Assembly (NCBI RefSeq): GCF_000018105.1
Contig: NC_009925.1
Location: 5,130,001 to 5,162,000, forward strand
DNA length: 32,000 nucleotides
Direction: 5' to 3'
From: Acaryochloris marina MBIC11017
Lineage (GTDB): Bacteria > Cyanobacteriota > Cyanobacteriia > Thermosynechococcales > Thermosynechococcaceae
Shown: positions 16,000 through 26,489 of the stretch, piece by piece
Position numbering within the stretch: the first letter of the stretch is position 1
Layout of the letters: every line of letters starts with the position of its first letter
Program-made: the position numbers and the translations under genes
The notes under the pieces: model-generated
What the model was told of the DNA's origin: nothing
What the model saw: the letters and a program-made list of their open reading frames with translations, nothing else
Database searches by the model: none

Positions 16000-16329
16000 T
16001 TAGGAGGCGTAACATACTCGGCTAAGTCCTAGAATGCTAAAGATCCTGGATTCAATGTCTTGGAGCTGTTCAAAGGTGCTGGCGTAGAGGCTGTTTTGGC
16101 TGCGGAGATGCTGGTGGACTTTGACCAGCAGTTCTAGTTCACTCATCATCCGAGTGGTCTCTGACTCATTTGGGTAGAGACTGGCAATAACTCGATTGAT
16201 ATCGGCGGTGGTATTAGCTATCAGCTGAGCACCTTGTGCAACGGCGGATTGGAGTTCCTGACCATGTTGTTTGATCAACTGACGAATGTAATAACCTGTG
16301 GTGGCTAAAAGTTGGTGTTGAGGCATCAT
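16000..16329 (-). CDS. Hypothetical protein (109 aa, predicted all-helical)
   Basis: This is the only long ORF in this interval. No recognisable motif was found. It is convergent with the DUF2256-like ORF, 28 nt away. Confidence 0.4.
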   Translation of the reverse strand: MMPQHQLLATTGYYIRQLIKQHGQELQSAVAQGAQLIANTTADINRVIASLYPNESETTRMMSELELLVKVHQHLRSQNSLYASTFEQLQDIESRIFSILGLSRVCYAS

Positions 16330-16609
16330 GCTAATCAGTCCTGTAGAGATGGATGAAGACGAGATGGAGCCTGAGACAGGCTACTGGTGCGTTCTGATCG
16401 TGATGGGGACTTTTGTGATGTTCTGAGTATTGCAGGGTCAGTTTTTTGTTCTTGTCTGATTCTGCGTTTTAGTTGTATAAGTTCGTCTTTCCTTGCTGGT
16501 GTTCATATTAAAAGTCTGCAAAAAATCCTGAATCCGTCGATGCTCTTCGGCAATTTCCTTAAAATATTGACTATAGAACGTCCGTTGCAGGTGATTTTAG
16601 TTTGATTCG

Positions 16610-17203
16610 ATGCCAAAAATGATGCAGATTGATCCTGCCGAGATCATTGCGGGGTACCGTCAAGGCTATTTTCTGATGGATAACGGTGATGGGTTGGGAT
16701 GGTATTCCAGTCAGACCCGAACGATTATGCCTTTGGATGAACGGTTTCGCTACCCAAAATCCCTCCGTCGGAGTCTGAACCAAAACCGATTTACCTCAGC
16801 CATCAATCGCGATTTTTTTGGGGTGGTTGAAGGCTGTGCCAATCGTGACTCGACCTGGATTTCTGATGAACTGAAGATGATCTATTTGCTTTTGTATAAG
16901 GCCGGGTGGGCATTTAGCTTTGAAACTTGGCAAGATGATCAGCTGGCAGGCGGCATCCTCGGATTAGTGATTGGTGGGGTATTTATTGGTGAATCGATGT
17001 TTTTCCACATCTCTGAAGGGTCTAAAGCTGCAATGGTGATGTTGGTCGATCATTTGAGATCGCAACAATTTACCTTGTTCGATGTTCAGATTATCAATCC
17101 CCATTTGGAGCGATTTGGGGCTTACACTATTTCTGAGCAAGAGTATCAGCAGCAGCTTCAAGCCGCGATTCAGCTGCGGCGGGCTTTTAAGACTGGTTCC
17201 TAG
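16610..17203 (+). CDS. aat: Leucyl/phenylalanyl-tRNA--protein transferase
   Basis: 197 aa. IIAGYRQGYFLM, DELKMIYLLLYKAGWAFSFETW and GGILGLVIGGVFIGESMFF are the characteristic L/F-transferase blocks. Confidence 0.85.
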   Translation: MPKMMQIDPAEIIAGYRQGYFLMDNGDGLGWYSSQTRTIMPLDERFRYPKSLRRSLNQNRFTSAINRDFFGVVEGCANRDSTWISDELKMIYLLLYKAGWAFSFETWQDDQLAGGILGLVIGGVFIGESMFFHISEGSKAAMVMLVDHLRSQQFTLFDVQIINPHLERFGAYTISEQEYQQQLQAAIQLRRAFKTGS

Positions 17204-17258
17204 AAGACAGCAATCTTAAATGTGGGGTTTTGTCCTGAATAACACCCAAACTTAGGTG

Positions 17259-18404
17259 TATACTGCGGACGACTTGTGACTTAACATTGTGGTAGAGAGA
17301 TTTGGCACACTGGGAGTATCCCCGCACCTATCCTCCACTCCCATGATTAAAATTGATTTCACCGCAGAGGAAATCCAACAACTCAATTACGAACGCTATC
17401 ATCACCCTCACCCACGGGTGCAGCGACGGATGGAAGTGCTCTACTTGAAGAGTCAAGGTCTTTCCCATACCCAGATCTGCCAGCTTTGTCAGATTAGTCG
17501 CCCCACTTTAGCCAAAACTCTTCGTCAGTATCAACAAGGAGGGATTGAAGGGCTGAAGACCCTTGAATATAAAGGTCAACCGAGTCTACTCAACGCTCAT
17601 AGCGATAGTGTGAGAGCTTACTTTGAGCAACATCCTCCCCGCACCAGTGCAGAAGCTCAAGCGGTCATTGAGCAATTAACAGGCATCAAACGCAGTCCCA
17701 CCCAAATCAAAGCCTTCCTCAAACGCATCGGTTGTCGTTATCGAAAAGTGGGGTATGTGCCGGGAAAGTCGAGTCTGCCCGAGAAAATTGAGGAGCAAGA
17801 GCAGTTTCGACACACTCGCCTTGAACCCTTATTAGAGGAAGCTCAACGCCAAGAGCGTCTTGTCTTTTTTGTGGATGCTGCTCACTTTGTTCACCGTGCT
17901 TATCTAGGGTTTGTCTGGTGCATCACTCGGATCTTCATCCCTTCTCCTTCTGGTCGCCAACGTTTCAATGTCCTGGGCGCGCTCGACGCTATCACCAAAG
18001 ACCTAGTCAGCGTTACCAACCACACCTATATCAATTCTCACAGTATGTGCCTGTTACTGGCCAAGCTGGCGCTACTTGACCCAGTCATACCCATCAGCGT
18101 GATTTTAGACAATGCGCGATACCAGAAATGTCAGCTTGTAACGGACTTTGCCGAGATCGTCGATATTGAGCTGGTCTATCTGCCCTCCTATTCACCCCAT
18201 TTGAATTTGATTGAGCGACTCTGGCGTTTTGTACGCAAGGAATGTCTCTATTCAAAGTATTATGCTGATTTTCCCGCCTTCAAAGGGGCCATTCAACAGT
18301 GCATCGACCAGTGTAATGGAGAGCATAAGGCGAAACTCACCACCTTACTATCACTCAAGTTTCAGTCTTTTAAGAAAGTTAATATCTTAGCCGCCTAGAG
18401 TATA
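17259..18404 (+). mobile_element. IS630-family insertion sequence (about 1.15 kb), apparently intact
   Basis: It carries a single transposase ORF. The candidate ends are TA-TACTGCGG...TTAAC (left) and, reverse-complemented, TA-TACTCTAGG...TTAAC (right). By hand alignment 14 of 25 positions match, with conserved tips. Flanking TA dinucleotides are consistent with IS630 TA target duplication. The boundaries are approximate. Confidence 0.55.
17343..18398 (+). CDS. IS630-family (DDE_3) transposase
   Basis: There is an N-terminal HTH region (LYLKSQGLSHTQICQLCQISRPTLAKTLRQY). The catalytic DDE region shows FFVDAAHF...ILDNARYQKC...LPSYSPHLNLIERLW. The ATG at 17343 is preferred over the GTG at 17289. 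Confidence 0.85.
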   Translation: MIKIDFTAEEIQQLNYERYHHPHPRVQRRMEVLYLKSQGLSHTQICQLCQISRPTLAKTLRQYQQGGIEGLKTLEYKGQPSLLNAHSDSVRAYFEQHPPRTSAEAQAVIEQLTGIKRSPTQIKAFLKRIGCRYRKVGYVPGKSSLPEKIEEQEQFRHTRLEPLLEEAQRQERLVFFVDAAHFVHRAYLGFVWCITRIFIPSPSGRQRFNVLGALDAITKDLVSVTNHTYINSHSMCLLLAKLALLDPVIPISVILDNARYQKCQLVTDFAEIVDIELVYLPSYSPHLNLIERLWRFVRKECLYSKYYADFPAFKGAIQQCIDQCNGEHKAKLTTLLSLKFQSFKKVNILAA

Positions 18405-18527
18405 GTTTTCACAATATTGCAGGAACCCCCTGCATCACCTTTCGTCAAAACGGGAATGGGATTTTATTGACATGGGGAATACACAGTTCAACCTGTTCAA
18501 TCCAATCCTAAAAAAGGTGTTAGAAAC

Positions 18528-20342
18528 ATGTTTAGTGCTCCTCAGCATGCAGTGGCTGTCGCTTGTCTAACTTCAGTGATCGCCGTTGCCCCTGTTCCTA
18601 TGCGCTCTGCCTTTGCTCAGTCCCAATTTACGGACGTCAGTAGCAATTGGGCTCAACCTTTCATTGATACCCTTGCTCAAAAAAATATAATTAGTGGTTT
18701 TCCCGATGGCTCCTTCCGACCTGACCAACCCGTGACTCGGGCTCAGTTTGCTGCCATTGTCCGCCAAGCTTTTAAGTCTCCAGCTACTCGCCTTTCACGC
18801 CCTTTTAAGGATGTAAGCTATGCTTACTGGGCTTCTCCAGCCATTGACTATGCTTACACCACAGGGTTCTTGTCGGGCTATACCAACGGATCCTTCCAGC
18901 CAGATCAAGAGATCCCTAAGGTACAAGCGTTGGTGGCCATTGCCAGTGGATTAAAGATTCAACCTGTGGGGTCTGTGGATAGCACCTTGCTCCGCTTCTA
19001 CGATGCAGCTCAAATTCCCAACTATGCTAAACCGGGGGTTGCTGCGGCAACGCAACGTAATATTCCTGTGAATTATCCAAATGCGGCTACCTTAAATCCG
19101 AATCAACAAGCCACTCGGGCCGATATTGCTGCCTATATTTATCAAGCATTAGTTAGTCAGGGACGCTTGGCTCCCATTGGCAGTAATTTCCCTGCCTCAC
19201 AATATATTGTTCAGGGCGGCTCTCTCCCGGCGACACCCTCAGAAGCTGGTACTGGAACTTTAGCGGTGGGGACTGAGCTTCCCGTTCAGTTAGAAGGAGC
19301 AGAACCCGGTGCCAATCTCGTGATGACCGTGGGCGAAAATGTTGAAACCACGTTTGTCGTTGCGGAAGATGTGGTGAATACCCGTCAACAGGTTGTTATC
19401 CCTGAAGGCAGTAAGATTGTCGGTCGTTTCCAGCCCTTTGAAGTAAACAAGACCTTAGGGACTCAGTTCACGGCCAGTAAATTAATGATTGGCAATACGC
19501 CCTATACCGTTAATGCGTCTTCTGTTCCCATTGCTGCTCGCAAAAAGAGTTCTCTAAGTATTGCTGATTTAACCGGAAGTATCACCACTCTGGCCGCTTC
19601 AGCCGCTTTGGATTCTGCTATTAGTGGGAATGTGCGATTTGGTTCCTTAGTGCCTGGGATTATCCAGACTGGGCAAACCATAGGCAAACAGGTGATCGGC
19701 AAATCCGATACCAGTGATGAGGTCATTCTTGTTGAACCCGATCTGATGGGATTAAAGCTCAATGCTGATTTTGAGTTTTTACCGGGTTCAACCACAGCCT
19801 TTGTGGATCCTAATTCTGCCAATCTATATCAGGTGGACTCTGGGACAAAGGTCGATCTGGCAGCCCAAACAGACAATGCCAGATACGTCATGGTTCCCGG
19901 TGAAACGGTTCCCGTGGAGCTAAAAACGGGACGTTCTATCTATAACCGTCAAAATGAAGTTCTTGTGCCAGAGGGGAGTCTGATTCGTGGCCAGATCGTA
20001 CCGATGACGGTGAATGGCAAAGAAGGAGCCCAATTTGTGGCTAATGAAATTGTGATTGGCACCCAAACATATCCCATTACTGCTGCTTCAGCAGGGATTT
20101 CTCCCTCTTCCTTGCAGTCTTTAAGCCCAGCTGATTTTCAAGGGAATGTGATTGCTTCTCCTGAAGCCAGTCAATCTCTTCGCGGGGTTAGCTCAACTGG
20201 CGAGCAACAGTCAGGTGGCTTATTAGGCCTAGGAAGTCTGATTGGTGGAAGCGGTTCCGGTAAAAAGGTGATCTTATTTAACCCCACCTCTGTACAGATG
20301 GAGTTTCGTGCTCCCTTGAGCTTAAATAACTTCAATAACTAG
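18528..20342 (+). CDS. Secreted cell-envelope protein with three N-terminal SLH domains and a duplicated C-terminal module
   Basis: The signal peptide is ...PVPMRSAFAQS. The three SLH repeats are FTDVSSNWAQPFIDTLAQKNIISGFPDGSFRPDQPVTRAQFAAIV, FKDVSYAYWASPAIDYAYTTGFLSGYTNGSFQPD and FYDAAQIPNYAKPGVAAATQ. The rest of the protein is Gly/Ser-rich. Confidence 0.85.
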   Translation: MFSAPQHAVAVACLTSVIAVAPVPMRSAFAQSQFTDVSSNWAQPFIDTLAQKNIISGFPDGSFRPDQPVTRAQFAAIVRQAFKSPATRLSRPFKDVSYAYWASPAIDYAYTTGFLSGYTNGSFQPDQEIPKVQALVAIASGLKIQPVGSVDSTLLRFYDAAQIPNYAKPGVAAATQRNIPVNYPNAATLNPNQQATRADIAAYIYQALVSQGRLAPIGSNFPASQYIVQGGSLPATPSEAGTGTLAVGTELPVQLEGAEPGANLVMTVGENVETTFVVAEDVVNTRQQVVIPEGSKIVGRFQPFEVNKTLGTQFTASKLMIGNTPYTVNASSVPIAARKKSSLSIADLTGSITTLAASAALDSAISGNVRFGSLVPGIIQTGQTIGKQVIGKSDTSDEVILVEPDLMGLKLNADFEFLPGSTTAFVDPNSANLYQVDSGTKVDLAAQTDNARYVMVPGETVPVELKTGRSIYNRQNEVLVPEGSLIRGQIVPMTVNGKEGAQFVANEIVIGTQTYPITAASAGISPSSLQSLSPADFQGNVIASPEASQSLRGVSSTGEQQSGGLLGLGSLIGGSGSGKKVILFNPTSVQMEFRAPLSLNNFNN

Positions 20343-20359
20343 AGATAATGGGCTGCCCA

Positions 20360-20378
20360 AGTTGCCTCGATCAGAGGC
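20360..20378 (+). terminator. Hairpin downstream of the SLH gene (weak terminator candidate)
   Basis: TTGCCTC-gatca-GAGGCAA forms a 7-bp stem with a 5-nt loop, 18 nt after the stop codon. No U-tract follows, so support is weak. Confidence 0.25.
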
Positions 20379-20710
20379 AATCCCGGTAGGGGCTTGGGCG
20401 GTTACCTTGTCAAGATTTTCATAATTGAAGATTGGCTTTGTCAGGGTTTATCTGCATTATTTGCGATGTAGATAGGCTCTGTATCCATTTTGGAGAAAGG
20501 ATTGCAGGCTGTTTTTGGGCAATAGTCTACGGGGTATTCAATCTTGCAGAATGTTAACTTATATTATAAATTATAATTATTTATAACCAATTTCTCGCTT
20601 TGTTCACCTTGTCAGCATGGACTGAAGCAACTCCTATGGATGTTGTAAGGGTGTCGTTCGTTTTTGCGCTTATCAACTTGTTTTTAAAATAGTCTGGAGA
20701 TTTAGGTCCC

Positions 20711-21460
20711 TTGGGTAGGCAACATAAAATTTTGATTGTTGACGACGAAGCAACGATTCGTCGGATTTTGGCGACCCGTCTATCGATGGTTGGATATGAA
20801 ATTGTGGTTGCTGCTGATGGGGTAGAGGCACTTGAGCAATTTGAAGCTGAAAAACCTGATTTGATTGTGTTAGATGTGATGATGCCCCGCATGAATGGGC
20901 TGCAGGTTTGTCAGACCTTACGAGAATCAACGGGTGTTCCTATTATTATGCTGACGGCTCTAGGAGAAGTGAGCGATCGCATTAAGGGATTGGAATTAGG
21001 GGCAGATGACTATTTACCCAAGCCTTTTTCTCCTAAGGAGTTAGAAAGCAGAATTCAGGCTATTTTACGGCGAACCGTTCCTGGTAAAGGCAAAGCAGGA
21101 GCGGGCCACGCTGCAGAGCAGGTCATTATGGAAATTGGGCCGTTGCGGATTGAAACCCATAAGCGACAGGTTTACTTGCATGGCCAAAGAATTCAACTGA
21201 CTGGCATCGAATTTGATGTCCTCAAGCTATTAGTCTCCAAGGCTGGTCAGACCGTCTCCCGCTCCGATATTTTGCAGCAAGTATGGGGATACTCTGCTAA
21301 CCACTATGCCGATTTGCGAGTGGTCGATGTGAATGTCTCCCGGCTTCGTTCCAAGATTGGCGATAGCTCCAAACAACCCGAGTACATTCATACGGACTGG
21401 GGGATTGGCTATTTTTTTCAAAAAATGAGAAAAAAATCTCCTGAACAAGTGATGTGTTAG
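20711..21460 (+). CDS. OmpR-family response regulator, RpaB/Ycf27-like
   Basis: 249 aa. KILIVDDEATIRRILATRLSMVGYEIVVAADG...DLIVLDVMMPRMNG...PIIMLTALGEVSDRIKGLELGADDYLPKPFSPKELESRI closely resembles RpaB as I remember it. A winged-helix C-terminus is present (LTGIEFDVLKLL...VDVNVSRLRSKI). The start is TTG, with GGAGA 10 nt upstream. Confidence 0.85.
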   Translation: MGRQHKILIVDDEATIRRILATRLSMVGYEIVVAADGVEALEQFEAEKPDLIVLDVMMPRMNGLQVCQTLRESTGVPIIMLTALGEVSDRIKGLELGADDYLPKPFSPKELESRIQAILRRTVPGKGKAGAGHAAEQVIMEIGPLRIETHKRQVYLHGQRIQLTGIEFDVLKLLVSKAGQTVSRSDILQQVWGYSANHYADLRVVDVNVSRLRSKIGDSSKQPEYIHTDWGIGYFFQKMRKKSPEQVMC

Positions 21461-21461
21461 A

Positions 21462-21482
21462 AGGATTTGATATCCTGTTTTT
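21462..21482 (+). terminator. Weak intrinsic-terminator candidate after the response regulator gene
   Basis: AGGAT-ttgat-ATCCT forms a 5-bp stem, followed by GTTTTT. It starts 2 nt after the stop codon. The stem is short. Confidence 0.3.
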
Positions 21483-21776
21483 CTGTCGTACCGAGTAGGG
21501 TGTGATGGACTTTTCTTTGAATACCTAAAAACAGTTTTCAAAATGGACAGCTCTGTTTTGGGGATGAATTTTTCAGCGCATTTCTGCCCCTAGGAATTAT
21601 CTTGAAGACCTTAATGGGCCTTGGCTATACTGGATAAACTAGCTTGAAACAAGGAGAGCTGATTTTGAACGGGCTCGAAACCCTTGAGTTGATCGGCAAA
21701 GGCTTCTAAGAACGAACAAAGGTTTGTTATCCTAGGCAAAATTCACCAAAAATTTCGGAGTTAAGGAATTGCAATT

Positions 21777-22214
21777 ATGGCGCTGAGAGATCAAGTCAAA
21801 GACGAAGAAACTCAAGCTAGTATTGCTGCAGATTGTGCTCAACTTATGGATCAGCAAGTCGCAGCAAAAACAGGAATTTCGGGTCTAGCCTTGAAGACCG
21901 CTTATAAAGCGCTAAAGGGAATTGGTCCAGGATACATTCCCCGGGCTCTCAAAAGCCTAGTGCCTCAAGCTTTAGACGCCTTAGATCCCATGTGGACCGC
22001 AGGGGTACAAGCCGGAAACCCAGTAGAGCATCTGAGCCAAAACTCTGCGGAGACCGCAGATGTTTTATTAGGGGTGACGGATAATAAGTTGAGTGTCGCG
22101 AAGAATAAGATCGTGATTGCCACCTATAAAAAAGTCCGAAAGTCCGTGAAAGGCGATGTGGAAGCAGCGGTGCCTGGGTTAGCTGAAATTCTTGGTAATT
22201 ATGCCCATAATTAG
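21777..22214 (+). CDS. Hypothetical protein (145 aa)
   Basis: It is a clean ORF with GGAG 9 nt upstream of the ATG. The composition looks soluble and helical. No motif was recognised. Confidence 0.5.
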   Translation: MALRDQVKDEETQASIAADCAQLMDQQVAAKTGISGLALKTAYKALKGIGPGYIPRALKSLVPQALDALDPMWTAGVQAGNPVEHLSQNSAETADVLLGVTDNKLSVAKNKIVIATYKKVRKSVKGDVEAAVPGLAEILGNYAHN

Positions 22215-22225
22215 GTCGGCTCCAT

Positions 22226-22281
22226 TTCATACCTATTAATTGCTCCATACCTAATTAATTGCTTCATACCTGTTGATTGAA
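22226..22281. repeat. Three contiguous head-to-tail direct repeats (18/19/19 nt)
   Basis: The units are TTCATACCT-ATTAATTGC, TCCATACCTAATTAATTGC and TTCATACCTGTTGATTGAA, read directly from the sequence. They lie between the 145-aa ORF and the lactate-permease-family gene. Confidence 0.75.
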
Positions 22282-22364
22282 GAGGGTGAGTAGATGTATC
22301 CCTCTGCTGGATTAGGTGCTCAGCCCTTTATGTCATCCACCCATGCTGGGTTGGATAAACCTAA

Positions 22365-24035
22365 ATGATCTTCCTCTACTCGTTGGTCGCATTGATCCCC
22401 ATTGCAACAGTATTCTTGCTGTTGGTGGTGGCTCGGCGGCCTGCGAGTCAAGCCATGCCTTTGTCTTACCTAGTGACGGTTGGTATTGCGTTGGGCGTTT
22501 GGCGGGTTCCTGGGGTAGAAGTGGCCGCCTCTAGTCTTCAGGGCTTGGTGGCCGCGGCTGAGATTCTGTATATCGTTTTCGGCGCAATTTTGCTGCTCAA
22601 TACCCTACAAGAATCCGGTGCGATCTCAACCATTCGCCAAAGTTTATTAGGTATCTCCCCCGATCCTAGGGTGCAGGTGATTATCATTGCCTGGTTGTTT
22701 GGCAGTTTTATTGAAGGGGCTTCTGGGTTTGGTACCCCTGCAGTAATTACCGTGCCGTTGTTGGTCGCCATTGGCTTTCCGGCCATGGCCGCCGTGGTGG
22801 CTGCGTTAATTATTCAGAGTACGCCTTCGACCTTTGGGGCAGTGGGGACGCCGATCATTATCGGTATTGAAGCGGGCTTAGACGGTGTGCCTGCAGTCAA
22901 GGAACAGCTGGTTGAATTAGGATTAACTCAACCTGAGTATCTGACCCTGATTGGGCGATGGGCTGGTCTGATGCATGGTGTCGTGGGGACTTTTCTGCCC
23001 CTGGTTCTCGTGATGGTACTCACGGCTGGTTTTGGGGCACGTCGATCCCTTAGGGATGGGCTAGGGGCATGGAAGTTTGCCTTGTTTGCCGGACTTGCGT
23101 TTACGATTCCCTATACCCTAACCGCTTACTTTCTGGGACCGGAATTCCCTACTTTGATTGGGGGGTTAGTGGGGTTGGGGCTGGTGATTCCTGCTGCTCA
23201 GAGGGGGCTGTTTACCCCTCAAACCCTTTGGGAATTTCCGTCCGAATCAGAGGTCAATCCCGCCCCCTTGGTCAGCAACCCACCCCAAAGCGGTCTGACT
23301 GCTCGGCAAGCATGGTTGCCCTATGGGTTACTGGGGGGTTTTTTACTATTGTCGCGTCTGGAGTTTTTGCCCCTTCGCAGGGGACTGCAGTCTTTATCGC
23401 TAACTTGGACGAATATCTTGGGGACAGAGGTCGGTGCTGCGACGCGGCCTCTCTACCTGCCGCCAACGGTTTTTCTTCTGGTGGTCATGATTACGTTTTA
23501 TCTGCATCGGATGTCGATTCAATCGATGCAGCGAGCGGTCATCCGAACCCTGCCCATCTTGCAAAAGACAGCGCTGGCCTTGGGGTCGGCAGTTCTGATG
23601 GCCAGGGTATTTATCAACACAGGTATCAATTCAGCCGGTCTGGCGAGTATGCCCCTGGCGTTAGCGGAGGGTATGGCAACCCTCGCGGGGCAATCCTGGC
23701 CGTTTTTTGCCCCGATGGTGGGGATGGTGGGGTCCTTTGTGGCGGGGAGTGTAACTGTAAGCAATATGATGTTTGCGCTCTTTCAATTTGGGGTTGCCTC
23801 CCAAATCGATGTACCGACGGCAGTGATCTTAGGGCTGCAATGTGTGGGAGCCTCTGCTGGCAATATGATCTGTGTGTCCAATATTGTCACGGCGGAAGCG
23901 ACGGTTGGTCTGGCGGGCTGTGAAGGTCTGCTGATTCGAAAAGTCTTGATGCCGACACTGTACTATTTGATTTTTGCAGGTATTTTAGGTGGATTAATTG
24001 TCCTGCTGGCCCCAATCGTTATAGGTAGCAGCTAG
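22365..24035 (+). CDS. L-lactate/glycolate permease family (LctP) transporter
   Basis: 556 aa and polytopic. It contains [27 protein letters not shown] and the C-terminal repeat [15 protein letters not shown], both typical of LctP. Confidence 0.85.
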   Translation: MIFLYSLVALIPIATVFLLLVVARRPASQAMPLSYLVTVGIALGVWRVPGVEVAASSLQGLVAAAEILYIVFGAILLLNTLQESGAISTIRQSLLGISPDPRVQVIIIAWLFGSFIEGASGFGTPAVITVPLLVAIGFPAMAAVVAALIIQSTPSTFGAVGTPIIIGIEAGLDGVPAVKEQLVELGLTQPEYLTLIGRWAGLMHGVVGTFLPLVLVMVLTAGFGARRSLRDGLGAWKFALFAGLAFTIPYTLTAYFLGPEFPTLIGGLVGLGLVIPAAQRGLFTPQTLWEFPSESEVNPAPLVSNPPQSGLTARQAWLPYGLLGGFLLLSRLEFLPLRRGLQSLSLTWTNILGTEVGAATRPLYLPPTVFLLVVMITFYLHRMSIQSMQRAVIRTLPILQKTALALGSAVLMARVFINTGINSAGLASMPLALAEGMATLAGQSWPFFAPMVGMVGSFVAGSVTVSNMMFALFQFGVASQIDVPTAVILGLQCVGASAGNMICVSNIVTAEATVGLAGCEGLLIRKVLMPTLYYLIFAGILGGLIVLLAPIVIGSS

Positions 24036-24082
24036 CGAAGTGGGGGTGTAAAGACATTGCGAAGGGTTCAAAACTCACATTT

Positions 24083-25369
<1,287 letters not shown>

Positions 25370-25510
25370 TCACTTGTACAAGGGGCAGCTTAAGTTACGG
25401 TTAATGGGGTGAAAGTCCGGTACAGTCTTAGTGCCAAGATATCACTGAGCCGGCTGGTAAACCGGTAGATCCTGGCACTAACTCCCTAGCCGTTTCGACA
25501 GACTTCCCCT

Positions 25511-26416
25511 ATGAATATTGAGCAGCTTAACGCGGACTATGGCATTGCCGATCAACTTCAGTTCAGCCTGGGTCAGGGCGATTTCCCCATCATCAAAATT
25601 AATAACGCCCATGCCCAAGCGATGATTTCTGTCTATGGGGGACAAGTCTTGTCCTACCGCCCCACCTCTGCTCCAGAAGATTTGATGTTTATTAGCGAGC
25701 AGGCTTATTACCAAACTGGAAAAGCCATTAAAGGGGGAACGCCCATATGCTGGCCCTGGTTTGGGCCGGACCCTGAGAGCTTAGGGCGAGCCAGCCATGG
25801 GTTTGTGCGCAATCGTTTGTGGACGGTGCAATCTACCTCTACCACCCCCAGCCAAGAGATAAAAGTCAAACTGGGTTTAGTGGATACACCTGAAACCCGA
25901 GACATTTGGCCCCATTCCTTCGACCTATCCATCGAATTTACGATCGGTTCGACCCTCAAAATTGAGCTAATAACCCACAATACGGGGGAGCAGCCTTTCT
26001 CCATTACCCAGGCCCTGCACACCTATTTTCAAGTGGGGGATATTGCGCCTCTAAGGGTCAAAGGTCTGGAAGGCGCCGCCTATATCGATAAAGTGGATGG
26101 GGGAGTGCAAAAACAGCAGTCCGGTGAGATAGCCATTGCCGAAGAGGTGGATCGAATTTATTTAGGGGTGTCCCCAGCATTAGCCGTTGAAGATCCCACT
26201 CTTAACCGCCGGATTGAAATTACGGCATCGGGGAGTCAAACGGCTGTAGTCTGGAATCCTTGGGTCGATAATTCCACCAAAATGGCTGACTTAAAGGATG
26301 ATGATTATCAAAAATTTGTCTGTGTAGAGACCGCAAATGCAGCGAATGAGGTGATTGAGATACAGTCGGGGACTGCCTATAGCCTGACTGCAGACTATCG
26401 AATAGTCCAGCTTTAG
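25511..26416 (+). CDS. D-hexose-6-phosphate mutarotase (aldose-1-epimerase family, YeaD-like)
   Basis: 301 aa. KGGTPICWPWFGP, HGFVRNRLW, ALHTYF and VVWNPW are the blocks I associate with YeaD-type mutarotases. Confidence 0.8.
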   Translation: MNIEQLNADYGIADQLQFSLGQGDFPIIKINNAHAQAMISVYGGQVLSYRPTSAPEDLMFISEQAYYQTGKAIKGGTPICWPWFGPDPESLGRASHGFVRNRLWTVQSTSTTPSQEIKVKLGLVDTPETRDIWPHSFDLSIEFTIGSTLKIELITHNTGEQPFSITQALHTYFQVGDIAPLRVKGLEGAAYIDKVDGGVQKQQSGEIAIAEEVDRIYLGVSPALAVEDPTLNRRIEITASGSQTAVVWNPWVDNSTKMADLKDDDYQKFVCVETANAANEVIEIQSGTAYSLTADYRIVQL

Positions 26417-26489
26417 CGAGCTACGGATCGAAGCTACCCAGGAATAGGGGACATCAATCTAGCCCCTATCCCCCGGTGAGACCATTCAA

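Noticed and set aside
15814-16032. 72-aa ORF from the track
   Set aside because: It is an out-of-frame shadow of the 48-aa DUF2256-like ORF at 15825-15971, and its 3' end overlaps the convergent 109-aa gene.
16438-16596. Minus-strand open stretch encoding …HLQRTFYSQYFKEIAEEHRRIQDFLQTFNMNTSKERR… upstream of the 109-aa ORF
   Set aside because: On careful frame checking it is bounded upstream by a TAA at 16599-16597. It has no ATG, GTG or TTG start before the internal ATG at 16506, which would give only about 22 aa.
15579-17258. tRNA-adjacent genomic island
   Set aside because: No integrase is present and I could not find a direct repeat of the tRNA 3' end. The downstream genes (DUF2256-like, aat) look like housekeeping genes. 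The IS630 element is a simple insertion, not an island border.
21665-21709. 14-aa TTG-initiated mini-ORF (MNGLETLELIGKGF) preceded by AAGGAG
   Set aside because: It is too short, has a non-ATG start, and has no supporting context. It could be chance.
23069-23923. 284-aa plus-strand ORF and other ORFs inside the LctP gene
   Set aside because: It is an alternative frame of the permease gene. The Gly/Cys/Ser/Arg-rich translation has no hydrophobic or domain pattern.
25395-25480. Cobalamin-riboswitch-like fragments (GGTGAAAGTCC, CACTG…GATCCTGGC) and a nested hairpin (GTGCCA…CCGG-ctggtaaa-CCGG…TGGCAC) in the chrA/mutarotase divergent region
   Set aside because: Only short pieces resemble the B12 consensus. 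The element is far shorter than a cobalamin riboswitch. Neither flanking gene is B12-related. A covariance-model scan (Rfam RF00174) would settle it; I expect no hit.
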